This document shows, one piece after another, positions 23,994-32,535 of a stretch of 39,668 nucleotides of DNA. A program made the translations under genes and the position numbers. Location of the stretch: positions 1-39,668 of the forward strand of contig CALLJT010000010.1 of NCBI GenBank assembly GCA_938050265.1. The letters are read 5' to 3'. The number at the start of each line of letters is the position of its first letter. Position 1 is the first letter of the stretch. The notes under the pieces were generated by a model. That model had not been told where the DNA came from. It ran no database searches and was given only the letters and a program-made list of their open reading frames with translations. The stretch is from Candidatus Saccharimonadia bacterium (lineage in GTDB: Bacteria > Patescibacteriota > Saccharimonadia > Saccharimonadales > SZUA-47).

Positions 23994-24371
23994 CTACGTA
24001 CGGCGTCTGCTCTTTCTATCATAGTCAGGTATTGCCGACTCTATGCCAGCTACAAGGTGATAACTATGCATGATCAGATCATGCACTTCCTGCTCTGTAA
24101 GCTGTCCAGTGAGGAGCATGGTGTTCCAGTGCTTTTTATTGAGGTGATACCCCTCCATGACAGACTCATACCGTTCACGAAGTATGCGTGCTAACTGCGG
24201 GTCGCATTTCAGGCTCAAACGAACAGGGTCTGTATCTGCAGGCATGAGTGCAAACATTTTCTCTTCATCGCCAACTGGGATTTTGTACACATTGACGTCT
24301 TCGCCAAACGGAAACGTCAGCTGAGCACCAGGCAACCCAAGTAAAAACTCTTCAACGGCGCTAAACTTCAT
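23994..24371 (-). CDS. MmcQ/YjbR-family protein
   Basis: From M95 of the track ORF: MKFSAVEEFLLGLPGAQLTFPFGEDVNVYKI...YHLNKKHWNTMLL. An AGGAG SD is present. Confidence 0.7.
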   Translation of the reverse strand: MKFSAVEEFLLGLPGAQLTFPFGEDVNVYKIPVGDEEKMFALMPADTDPVRLSLKCDPQLARILRERYESVMEGYHLNKKHWNTMLLTGQLTEQEVHDLIMHSYHLVAGIESAIPDYDRKSRRRT

Positions 24372-24378
24372 GCGGTGA

Positions 24379-24951
24379 CTACTCCTGTCCTTTCGTGTTG
24401 GCATTGTTGGCAAACCATTCGAGATAGTACTGAAGCTCTGCGATGCTGGCCTGTATGTCGTCGTATGCCCGGTGAACAGCTGGTTTTCTGAACTGAACGC
24501 CATACATACTCTGCATGACAACTTTCCATGCGCTGACGTCGAGCATGCGGTAGTGCAGCCGCAAATCAAGCTGGGGCATCCACTGTTTAATGAACGCCCT
24601 GTCGCTATGTATCGAGTTACCCGCGAGTATCGCTGGCTCATCGCCGAAGTCATGTTCTACGATCTCGATCAATTCACGTTCGACTGCTGCTAGTGGCTTG
24701 CCTTTCGCTACACCGCCCAAAAACACGTCGCGGTTTTTAGGGTAACTGTTCCACCAGATGTTTTCCTGCATAAGCTTAGCGACTTTGTCTTTTTTGTGCT
24801 GGACGATTGCTTCGTACGAGCTGATTGTCTCCAGGTCGGTACCGGTTACTTCCGTTGCGACCTCTAAAATCACGTCTTTTTCAGGAACAAGACCAGTCAT
24901 CTCTAGATCAACCCAGAGATACTTCGTTGGGGCTGCATGTTTTTTACTCAC
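24379..24951 (-). CDS. orn: Oligoribonuclease (DEDDh 3'-5' exonuclease)
   Basis: LWVDLEMTGL motif, NSIHSDRAFI and a C-terminal H...D. GTG start preceded by GGGAGGT. Confidence 0.88.
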   Translation of the reverse strand: MSKKHAAPTKYLWVDLEMTGLVPEKDVILEVATEVTGTDLETISSYEAIVQHKKDKVAKLMQENIWWNSYPKNRDVFLGGVAKGKPLAAVERELIEIVEHDFGDEPAILAGNSIHSDRAFIKQWMPQLDLRLHYRMLDVSAWKVVMQSMYGVQFRKPAVHRAYDDIQASIAELQYYLEWFANNANTKGQE

Positions 24952-25086
24952 TCGTACCTCCCGGGGGATATGTCAACATATAGTGCATACCAGACAGTAT
25001 ACACGCTACACAACAAAAGTCGCCCTACTGATAGGGCGACCTTACTGTAGTAACCACTCGACTAACGAGTATTGACTGCAGTGTTG

Positions 25087-25410
25087 CTATTTAGCTTCTT
25101 TGTCGAGCTTGTCGAGACCAGCTTGTTTGACGATCCAGTAGATCACAAACGCGGTAGCAAGAAGAGTGATAATTCCACTCAAGATTGCACCCCAGCCAAA
25201 CGTGAGCACTCGCTCGTCTACACCTGGCTCACCGACAACCGTCAGTGTCTCAGCTGTTAGATCTGCGCCACCGAGGATGAATGCAATAATTGGGTTAATA
25301 AATCCTTCAACGATAGCTTCGACAGCTTTCCCTGCTGCGCCACCGATAGCGAGACCGACAGCTAGTCCGACCACACCTTGTTCTCGGACAAAGTCCATAA
25401 AACCGTTCAT
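25087..25410 (-). CDS. mscL: Large-conductance mechanosensitive channel
   Basis: FMDFVREQGVVGLAVGLAIGGAAGKAVEAIVEGFINPII. ATG at 25410 with an AGGGAG SD. Confidence 0.9.
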   Translation of the reverse strand: MNGFMDFVREQGVVGLAVGLAIGGAAGKAVEAIVEGFINPIIAFILGGADLTAETLTVVGEPGVDERVLTFGWGAILSGIITLLATAFVIYWIVKQAGLDKLDKEAK

Positions 25411-25603
25411 ATACTTGTACTCCCTTATTTGTAATCCTAATGTATACGAAAACTGTTCACTTGGCAAGCTGACCTGCGCTCACTTTTCTAAACCCAAACG
25501 TTCATAGGGTGACAAGATTGAAGTTTTGTTCTTTAGGAATGATGCCATAGCATCATTTCTAAAGGAAAGACTTCCAGATTGTTAGCATAGGGGCGTTTGG
25601 GGT

Positions 25604-25624
25604 GGAAAAGTGAGTGTGGGTCAG
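25604..25624. repeat. Solo right-end remnant of the palindromic repeat family
   Basis: GGAAAAGTGAGTGTGGGTCAG matches the right terminus of copy 3 at 21/21. Confidence 0.5.
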
Positions 25625-25659
25625 CTTGGCAACACACAAGCACTAAACTAGCCATATCC

Positions 25660-27174
25660 CTACGACGATCCCTGGGTTTTGTCCCGCAAAAAATCCTCTG
25701 CGCGGTAGCTAATAATCCTGCGTCGATCCGTGTTCAGCCGCTTGAGCTGACCATAGGCTTTTTTCATCATAGGGTCAGTCTTGAACAACTCTGCGTTTTT
25801 TTCGATCGCGCGCCAATACAGGCCATCCCAGATGTCGCACCAGTCGCCTTTTTTATAATGACTCATGCTGCGTATGTAGTTGCTGCTGCTGATAGCCGGG
25901 AGTGTTCCGTGCTTAGCGAACGCCGCCCCCTGACTCACGCCGTATACGAACGGCACTGCAAGCCACTCATACATGTCTCCGCACATCTCCATGAACCACC
26001 GATACACTTCGTCCGGGTGAAACTCACTGAGGAAGCAGATATTACCTATCACCATGAGTTGTTCAGTTTCGTGCGTATATGACCGGTCGTGGATTTTGAG
26101 TATAACGTCGTCGACCGGCGGAATCCCTGTCGTCCCACGGTACCAGTCAACTGTCATGCGTCTGGTGTGGCCCAATGTATTCGCAGTACGGAGTGCTGTG
26201 TGTCGTTTACGGTACACTCCGCGGTAATATTCCCGCCACCCAAGTACTCCGCGCACAACAAGCTCTACGTCCTCTATACGGACCTTTCCATGACCGAGCT
26301 GTGCGACTACGGCCTGCACGATGTCATGAGGGCTCAAAAGTCCGATGTTCAATGCATGATTAACTGCTGGATGGTGCAGCCAAGGTGCCTCACCGTCGAT
26401 CGCCTCCGAATAGGCGGCAAACCGCCCGAGTCTACCGCTCGCGAACTCGTCGAGCCATTTCATCGCTTCAACACGGCTCGTTGGCCATGGGAAATCGTTT
26501 AGACTTCCTGGGTTGCCTGAAAAATACTTCTCTACATACGCCTCAGCCTCATCCACATATTCGTTCGACCCAAACACCTGGAACGACGGCAGCTGTGTGC
26601 TTTTCGGTATGCGTTTACGCTTGGCGTGGTCTTGCTCCCATGATCCCTCAAGCGGCTTGTATGTTTCTGGGTCAATGAGTACATTGAACCGCTCGCGCTG
26701 CCACTGATAAAACGCCTGAAAACTTGTGTCGCCTCGCTCAGAAAAAAACCTATCGCTTTCTTCATGCGATATATAAAAATTAGGGCTCTGCAACACCGAC
26801 ACCGCCGGCGCTTCAGGGTGGGAACGAATCGCTTCCATAACGCGCCGGCTCAGGATATCGTCAGAAAATTCATAGACATACACGTCTGTGAAATCCTTGA
26901 GTTTCTCGACGATGTCACCGCTCTCAGTCAGTTTATGATGATCAATATACGTCACGCTGTAGCCAGCTGGCCACAATTCTTCTTTCATGTATCGGTTCAT
27001 GCTGGCACGCAGCAACACCAGCTTCTGTTTGTGGATCATCAGCCCATACTGACGATCACTCCCAAACAGAAGCGGCTCTTCAACGAGCACGATCTCATCC
27101 ACATCCTGCGGGATATGCTCTACAGCAAACAGCTGGTTTGGGTACAGCAATAGACTTTTTTTGATTCCACCCAT
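25660..27174 (-). CDS. Cryptochrome/photolyase-family protein (photolyase-related, CryPro/FeS-BCP-like class)
   Basis: ~504 aa. The N-terminus (LLLYPNQLF) and C-terminus (WF...DAYEW-like MYEWLAVPFVYGVSQ...SSSNYI) have features of COG3046-type proteins. ATG at 27174 is preferred over the TTG at 27219. Confidence 0.75.
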   Translation of the reverse strand: MGGIKKSLLLYPNQLFAVEHIPQDVDEIVLVEEPLLFGSDRQYGLMIHKQKLVLLRASMNRYMKEELWPAGYSVTYIDHHKLTESGDIVEKLKDFTDVYVYEFSDDILSRRVMEAIRSHPEAPAVSVLQSPNFYISHEESDRFFSERGDTSFQAFYQWQRERFNVLIDPETYKPLEGSWEQDHAKRKRIPKSTQLPSFQVFGSNEYVDEAEAYVEKYFSGNPGSLNDFPWPTSRVEAMKWLDEFASGRLGRFAAYSEAIDGEAPWLHHPAVNHALNIGLLSPHDIVQAVVAQLGHGKVRIEDVELVVRGVLGWREYYRGVYRKRHTALRTANTLGHTRRMTVDWYRGTTGIPPVDDVILKIHDRSYTHETEQLMVIGNICFLSEFHPDEVYRWFMEMCGDMYEWLAVPFVYGVSQGAAFAKHGTLPAISSSNYIRSMSHYKKGDWCDIWDGLYWRAIEKNAELFKTDPMMKKAYGQLKRLNTDRRRIISYRAEDFLRDKTQGSS

Positions 27175-27299
27175 AATACTCTTATGGTTTATTGTCGCAA
27201 AGATACTGCAGTATAGCAAGCAAGTAGTTGGCAGGCGTATACCATCACCACATAAGGGGCAAGATTACTCCTGCCTCATTGCTCCTTGCTCGCTACTCC

Positions 27300-28505
27300 C
27301 TACGTAGCTAATCGCTCTATGGCGTTCATGAATGCTGCGTTTTTAAGGCTTGTTTGTGCGGACTGCGCCCGCTCATACATAGCTTGGACTGCCTGTTTTT
27401 GCTGCTGTGCGAGCTTGTCGTTCACCTGCTGCTCTGTCCATTGCTCGTGTGCCATATTCTGCAACCATTCAAAATAACTCACCGTGACCCCACCGGCGTT
27501 CGCGATAATGTCCGGTATCACCTGTACGCCGGCCGCATATAACGCGTCCTCGACATCAGCATCGACTGGGCCGTTCGCCAGCTCCAATATGTACTGTGCC
27601 TGAACGCTCGTGTAGTTTTCTTCGTCGACCACGTCGCCGAGTGCAGCAAGCACTAAAACATCCGCTTTTGCTGCCACCACATCGTCGTTTGTCAGCGCCT
27701 GCCCCTGTCCGTAGTCACGCAGTTTTCCGCCACCTGTTTTATACGCGATAACTTCTGCGACGTCGAAGCCATCTTCGCTGTACACGCCGCCACTCGAATC
27801 CGTCACCCCGACCAATTTCCATTCTGGATGCTGTTCAGCTGCAACCTGTGCGAAAAACTGCCCCGCGTTACCAAATCCCTGTAGTACATACGTCAGTGGC
27901 TGGCCTGCGTTGCCTTCTAGCTGACGCAGTTCCGCCAGTGTTATTGCGCCGCCACGCCCGGTCGCTTCATTACGACCCAAACTACCACCACCGGCTATCG
28001 ATTTACCGGTAAAACTACCCCTCGTCGTGTCGCCAGTCAACTGTGAATATTCATCAACCATCCAGTCCATGATCTGGCTGTTCGTGTTCACGTCCGGTGC
28101 TGGTATGTCTTGCTCAGGACCGATATGATCGACGAGCCCTCGCACAAACTGACGTGATACTTCTTCTAGGTCTGCGTCTGTTAGCTGTTTAGGGTCGACC
28201 TCGACGCCGCCCTTGCCCCCTCCGAGTGGTATAGCTACAGCGGCGGTTTTGAAGCTCATGAGTGTTGCCAGCGCCTGTACTTCGTCACGGTCCACTTCCG
28301 GGTGGAAGCGTATGCCGCCTTTATACGGTCCGCGCTTGTTACTATGCTGCACACGAAACGCGCTATATTTTTTGCCACTCTCAAGTTCGATCGCAAACTC
28401 ATGCACTGCATCAGGTTTCTGCAGTACAGCTAACTGTTCATCGGTCAGTCCAAGCAGTTTTGCCGCTCGTGTAATGTTTTTCTGTGCTGAATCCAACATA
28501 GCCAT
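27300..28505 (-). CDS. gdhA: Glutamate dehydrogenase (Glu/Leu/Phe/Val dehydrogenase family)
   Basis: GPYKGGIRFHP catalytic motif, a GFGNAG dinucleotide fold and a GAGGAG SD. Confidence 0.92.
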   Translation of the reverse strand: MAMLDSAQKNITRAAKLLGLTDEQLAVLQKPDAVHEFAIELESGKKYSAFRVQHSNKRGPYKGGIRFHPEVDRDEVQALATLMSFKTAAVAIPLGGGKGGVEVDPKQLTDADLEEVSRQFVRGLVDHIGPEQDIPAPDVNTNSQIMDWMVDEYSQLTGDTTRGSFTGKSIAGGGSLGRNEATGRGGAITLAELRQLEGNAGQPLTYVLQGFGNAGQFFAQVAAEQHPEWKLVGVTDSSGGVYSEDGFDVAEVIAYKTGGGKLRDYGQGQALTNDDVVAAKADVLVLAALGDVVDEENYTSVQAQYILELANGPVDADVEDALYAAGVQVIPDIIANAGGVTVSYFEWLQNMAHEQWTEQQVNDKLAQQQKQAVQAMYERAQSAQTSLKNAAFMNAIERLAT

Positions 28506-28545
28506 CTATAGATACTCCTCTTTATGTACCCATAGTACAACGAGC

Positions 28546-28923
28546 CTATGCGTTTTTAGGAACTTCGAAATCAATACGCGTTGAGTAGTTCTGCGCGAAC
28601 GTCTGGTCGATGGTTAAGATTTTGCTGCAGCCACTACGGAGGGCTACGGCCAGTTGCAAGGCGTCTTCGAATTCGTTATCGGCAAGCAACTCCAATGCTT
28701 GTACGTAATCATCTGCCGTAACATCGAGGAGCTGGAACTCGCTCAGACTGTCATGGATCTGTTCTGCCGTGTACTTCTCTTTTCTACCAAAGTAGTGCGC
28801 GAGATGAACGCTCAGCATCGAAATGGCGGCCTGCTCTCCTCGCAGTGCTTTGGCCACAGCGTGTTTACGGATACGATCTGGTAACAGCAGCTCCAACACA
28901 ATGTTTGCGTCAGCGAACACCAT
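28546..28923 (-). CDS. PIN-domain toxin (VapC-like)
   Basis: MVFADANIVLELLL... The ATG at 28923 overlaps the upstream antitoxin by 14 nt. Confidence 0.72.
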   Translation of the reverse strand: MVFADANIVLELLLPDRIRKHAVAKALRGEQAAISMLSVHLAHYFGRKEKYTAEQIHDSLSEFQLLDVTADDYVQALELLADNEFEDALQLAVALRSGCSKILTIDQTFAQNYSTRIDFEVPKNA

Positions 28924-29209
28924 ACTTTTCACCAACGCTTTCTGCGTACAGCTCCTTGATAGATTTGTTGGGATCTAATACGGCCTTGCCTGCTCGACTT
29001 TCGCTCAATACAAGTGCTTTGTCTATGGCACGATGTATAGCTTCTGCTGACCCAGGTTCAGAACTAGAAAGCTTGGGCGTGCTTGAATTAATCGTAACCA
29101 GTGGTTTGGATCGGTGCAACACAGTAACCTGGTGGCCGTCGCCTAAACTCCGCAGAAACGGCACCAGGTTTTTACGAATTTCAGATGTACTGACAATATC
29201 TAAGTTCAT
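28910..29209 (-). CDS. Phd/YefM-like antitoxin
   Basis: MNLDIVSTSEIRKNLVPFLRSL...VTVLHRSKPLVTI. TAGTAT lies 6 nt upstream of this ATG, with TTGAGT 17 nt further up. Confidence 0.62.
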   Translation of the reverse strand: MNLDIVSTSEIRKNLVPFLRSLGDGHQVTVLHRSKPLVTINSSTPKLSSSEPGSAEAIHRAIDKALVLSESRAGKAVLDPNKSIKELYAESVGEKYGVR

Positions 29210-29291
29210 GCCCATATACTAACATGACATTAACGTAAACTCAAGTTCAAGTGTAGTTAAACTTGTACCTTTTGCTTGCTCCACTACCCGC

Positions 29292-30989
29292 CTACATAGA
29301 CTCAGGGGTATCGATACCAAGTGTCGTGAGTCCGTGGTTGAGTACATTGATGTAACGCGTGAGCAACTCCCAGCGGTGCGGTATACCCGAGCCTGCAACC
29401 CGGTTGTTTTCGTAGAATTGGTTAAACGTCTGAGCCAGTTCATACAAATAGAGACACAGCGTATTAGGCGCGAGGTGCTCAACGGCTTCGCCAAACACAC
29501 CCTCGTACTGAGCAAGCTTGTGCGCCAACCGTCGGTCATATTCGTCGAGGGACAGCGTCGCGATATCAACTTCTCCGTTGTCGTCATTGGTTTTTGACAG
29601 AGCTATTTTGCGAGCACGCACGTATGCATATTGCAGGTACGGTCCGCTGTTGCCTTTTGTACTAACAGACTCGTTGACGTCAAACGCTACATCACTGCCG
29701 ACGGCATATTTCAAAAATTCATATTTGACAGCGCCGAGCATGACTTTGTCTTTTTCATCCGAACCAGACTCTTGTGCCACGACTTTTGTCACGGCGTCGA
29801 GCACGTCTATCGCCCGCGTGACGTTGCCCAAACGTGAACTCATTTTGGATCCATCAGCGAACTTAACGATGCCGTTTGTAAGGTGAGTCATCGTACCTCG
29901 ATACCGAGAATCGATGTCATATAGTGCCGCCCATACGACTTTCATGTACGCTTTCTGGTCTGATCCAGTTATCAGAATACGCCTGTCGAAATCATAGTCT
30001 TCTTTTTCCTGCGTGAGCACGCCAAGATCCTTTGTCTCGTACGTAGGTAGGCCTTCTGACGTCTGAAATACTCGTGTATGCAGACCTTCTTTCTCGCCCC
30101 TGTACACAATTGCGCGCTCAGACTCTTCGAACACACCATCCTCGAGCCCTCCACGTACAAGCGCCATTCCACGCTCAGCCGTCGTACTTTCAGGGTAGTA
30201 CTTCTGAAAATCATCCACGTTAATCCGATCAAAGAAATAATGAAAATACTCAGTAGACCACTCACGAGCAGCAAAGTACACTGCAGAAACGTCAGAATGC
30301 GTGCTTTTGTCGGTATGGAACGCGTATATCTGTTTATTCAGCTCACGGATCTCTGCCTCATCCGAGCCACCCTGCTCAAACGCAGCAGTACCCTTGACGT
30401 AGTGCTGAGTAATGAACCGTGCACGGACCTGAGGGTCGTCGTTTTGCTGCGCTTCTGCATACCCCTCAGGGTCTTTCAGAATTGACCACACTGCCTTGGC
30501 GACATGCATCCCGACATCCCCGCCAAATGTTGTTCGTGTGACGTTCGCACCAGCCACCTCCAGCATACGCGCAAGTGCGTTTCCGAGGATCGTCTGATAC
30601 AGATGCCCTGTGTGCAGCTCTTTGAACCAGTTCGGGCAGGCGTACTCGAGCACTACGTTTTTGGCGTCGTAGTCTGGCTGCGTGAGCGCAAACCCCTGCA
30701 CACTATAGTCCTGGGAGCTACTCCATATAGCCTCGTCATTGAGCCGGATATTCAAAAACCCCGGGCCAGCAACACTCACCTCAGCAAAGTCGTCGAGCTC
30801 CTGTAGCGTGTCCGCCAACTGCTCAGCTATTTCACGCGGATTTTTACCAACTTCCTTTGCAAGCTGCATTGCCACATTGCTCGCCACGTCACCAAACTGT
30901 TCGTCAGGCACCTCAACAGTCGGCGTCACATCAACTCCGAACACTGCTTTGACTGCCGCTTTTAATCTATCTTGTACTTCTGTGATCAT
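29292..30989 (-). CDS. argS: Arginine--tRNA ligase
   Basis: 565 aa. HIGH-type motif (KELHTGHL), an anticodon-binding DALR-like C-terminus and a terminal Met. Confidence 0.95.
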   Translation of the reverse strand: MITEVQDRLKAAVKAVFGVDVTPTVEVPDEQFGDVASNVAMQLAKEVGKNPREIAEQLADTLQELDDFAEVSVAGPGFLNIRLNDEAIWSSSQDYSVQGFALTQPDYDAKNVVLEYACPNWFKELHTGHLYQTILGNALARMLEVAGANVTRTTFGGDVGMHVAKAVWSILKDPEGYAEAQQNDDPQVRARFITQHYVKGTAAFEQGGSDEAEIRELNKQIYAFHTDKSTHSDVSAVYFAAREWSTEYFHYFFDRINVDDFQKYYPESTTAERGMALVRGGLEDGVFEESERAIVYRGEKEGLHTRVFQTSEGLPTYETKDLGVLTQEKEDYDFDRRILITGSDQKAYMKVVWAALYDIDSRYRGTMTHLTNGIVKFADGSKMSSRLGNVTRAIDVLDAVTKVVAQESGSDEKDKVMLGAVKYEFLKYAVGSDVAFDVNESVSTKGNSGPYLQYAYVRARKIALSKTNDDNGEVDIATLSLDEYDRRLAHKLAQYEGVFGEAVEHLAPNTLCLYLYELAQTFNQFYENNRVAGSGIPHRWELLTRYINVLNHGLTTLGIDTPESM

Positions 30990-31065
30990 AGTGTGTACTG
31001 CCCTTCAATCCTTGTAGTCATTCGTCTTTCAAGCTTCATGTTTCACTCCTGGCTCTCAGCATTAT

Positions 31066-31407
31066 TCACAGGTCTAATACTTTCCTGAGGCCATCATCTA
31101 TCTGTCGCTGTGCCTTCTGTGATAGCTGCCCAACGTATTCCTTGAGAAATCGTCTATCAATCGTTATTAACTGTGACACATTCGCGACTGAATCTTTGGG
31201 TAGCCCTTCTTCTTTTTTGTGTAACATTACGTTGCCTGGAGACATAGCCATCTTGAGATTTGAAGTGATGCCTATCGCTAATACTGTTCTTATTTTGGTT
31301 TCGTTAAAATCGTCAGACTGAACGACGAGTATTGGTCGTCTATAGCCAGGTTCTGAGCCAGTTGGTTCTGGTAAATCTACCCACCATATCGCTCCTCTAA
31401 CTACCAT
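31066..31407 (-). CDS. mazF: MazF/PemK-family endoribonuclease toxin
   Basis: RGAIWWVDLPEPTGSEPGYRRPILVVQSDDFN. Overlaps the mazE stop (ATGGTAG). Confidence 0.88.
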   Translation of the reverse strand: MVVRGAIWWVDLPEPTGSEPGYRRPILVVQSDDFNETKIRTVLAIGITSNLKMAMSPGNVMLHKKEEGLPKDSVANVSQLITIDRRFLKEYVGQLSQKAQRQIDDGLRKVLDL

Positions 31408-31643
31408 TCCCCGTGTCCGTTGTTAATGGAATCGTACTGCATTTTGTAGAGCGGTGGATCCAACGAAGAATCTTCTTGCGAATACAGTTCATTCAGTTGT
31501 CTTTTAGTAGCTTCACCCTCGATACGCTCTATATACTCTTCTAGAGCCCGTGCGTAAAACTTACTTCTGGAGCCGCCCATCTTTTTCGCGTGGTGCTCCG
31601 CCTTACTAAAAGTCGAGTCTGGGATAGATACTGCTATTTTCAT
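31401..31643 (-). CDS. mazE: Ribbon-helix-helix (CopG/MazE-type) antitoxin
   Basis: MKIAVSIPDSTFSKAEHHAKKMGGSRSKFYARALEEYI. ATG at 31643 is preferred over the GTG at 31649. Confidence 0.8.
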   Translation of the reverse strand: MKIAVSIPDSTFSKAEHHAKKMGGSRSKFYARALEEYIERIEGEATKRQLNELYSQEDSSLDPPLYKMQYDSINNGHGEW

Positions 31644-31649
31644 ACCCAC

Positions 31650-31678
31650 AGTATAACAAAAAGTATTACGCTATCCAA
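31650..31678 (-). promoter_or_regulatory. Putative mazEF promoter TTGGAT-N17-TATACT, 6 nt from the ATG (leaderless-type)
   Basis: -10 at 31650-31655 and -35 at 31673-31678. The heptad array starts 2 nt further upstream. Confidence 0.45.
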
Positions 31679-31679
31679 A

Positions 31680-31749
31680 CGTCTCACGTCTCACGTCTCA
31701 CGTCTCACGTCTCACGTCTCACGTCTCACGTCTCACGTCTCACGTCTCA
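31680..31749. repeat. Perfect tandem heptanucleotide array (CGTCTCA)x10
   Basis: Counted directly: ten uninterrupted identical units. They are followed by the palindrome CTCAC-TA-GTGAG, a partial inverted unit. Confidence 0.97.
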
Positions 31750-31809
31750 CTAGTGAGTATGCCCTACTTATCCCCATTCTGAAACAAAATACTATATACT
31801 CTTAGCTAT

Positions 31810-32535
31810 ATGGGAGACCCAACGAAACTCATTGTACAAGCTGTGCGCCTCTGGATGGCACGCTTTGCTCGGTGGCTCAACGCCGTAACCAACGGCGCCG
31901 TGTTGCCCGTGCATATCACTATACTGTCGCTTCTCGGCCACTTCAGCGTCGTGTGGGCACTCTGGGACTCTCGCCCAGTGCTCGCTGCGGGACTACTGAC
32001 TGGGTTTGGCCTCCTTGATGCACTCGACGGTGCACTCGCGAGAGAACAAGGAACAGCGAGCAAACTTGGCATGCTGTTTGACGCAGTTACCGACCGACTC
32101 AAAGAAACGCTGGTCTACGTCGGCCTGATCGTGTACGCAGGCAATCATGTATCCGAAGTCCGTCCCTGGGTAATCGTCGCGGTTGCTGGTACGTCCTTGC
32201 TTGTCAGTTATGTAAAAGCCAAAAGCGAAATGGCTGTCGCCGACTCTCATGCGGACCGCCAGAAACTCAACCAGATGTTTTCCATCGGCCTCGCACGGTA
32301 TGAAATCCGCACGACAATCGTAGTCGTTGGGCTCCTCATGCCCGTGCTGCTCGCACCGCTCCTGCACTTCACGATCGCTATCAACCTCATGACTGCAGCG
32401 CTGCGGTTTCTCCAAGCGGCAGAGGTCCTACAAAAAGAGAACTCAGAAGAGTCATCCGACTCTCAAAACACAACAAAAACGCTCCCACAACGCACAGCCA
32501 CGTCCAGGAAACAAAAGAAAGACAAGAAAAAATGA
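31810..32535 (+). CDS. CDP-alcohol phosphatidyltransferase
   Basis: Exact signature D-x2-DG-x2-AR-x8-G-x3-D-x3-D (DALDGALAREQGTASKLGMLFDAVTD). Multi-TM protein with a Lys-rich tail. Confidence 0.88.
   Translation: MGDPTKLIVQAVRLWMARFARWLNAVTNGAVLPVHITILSLLGHFSVVWALWDSRPVLAAGLLTGFGLLDALDGALAREQGTASKLGMLFDAVTDRLKETLVYVGLIVYAGNHVSEVRPWVIVAVAGTSLLVSYVKAKSEMAVADSHADRQKLNQMFSIGLARYEIRTTIVVVGLLMPVLLAPLLHFTIAINLMTAALRFLQAAEVLQKENSEESSDSQNTTKTLPQRTATSRKQKKDKKK

Noticed and set aside
31680-31749. The tandem repeat as a CRISPR array.
   Set aside because: The units are 7 bp and contiguous, with no spacers, and there are no cas genes in the window.
31590-31805. A 71-aa ORF encoding SRLTSHV repeats.
   Set aside because: It is an artefact of reading through the (CGTCTCA)x10 array. 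It has no start context and overlaps the mazE start region.
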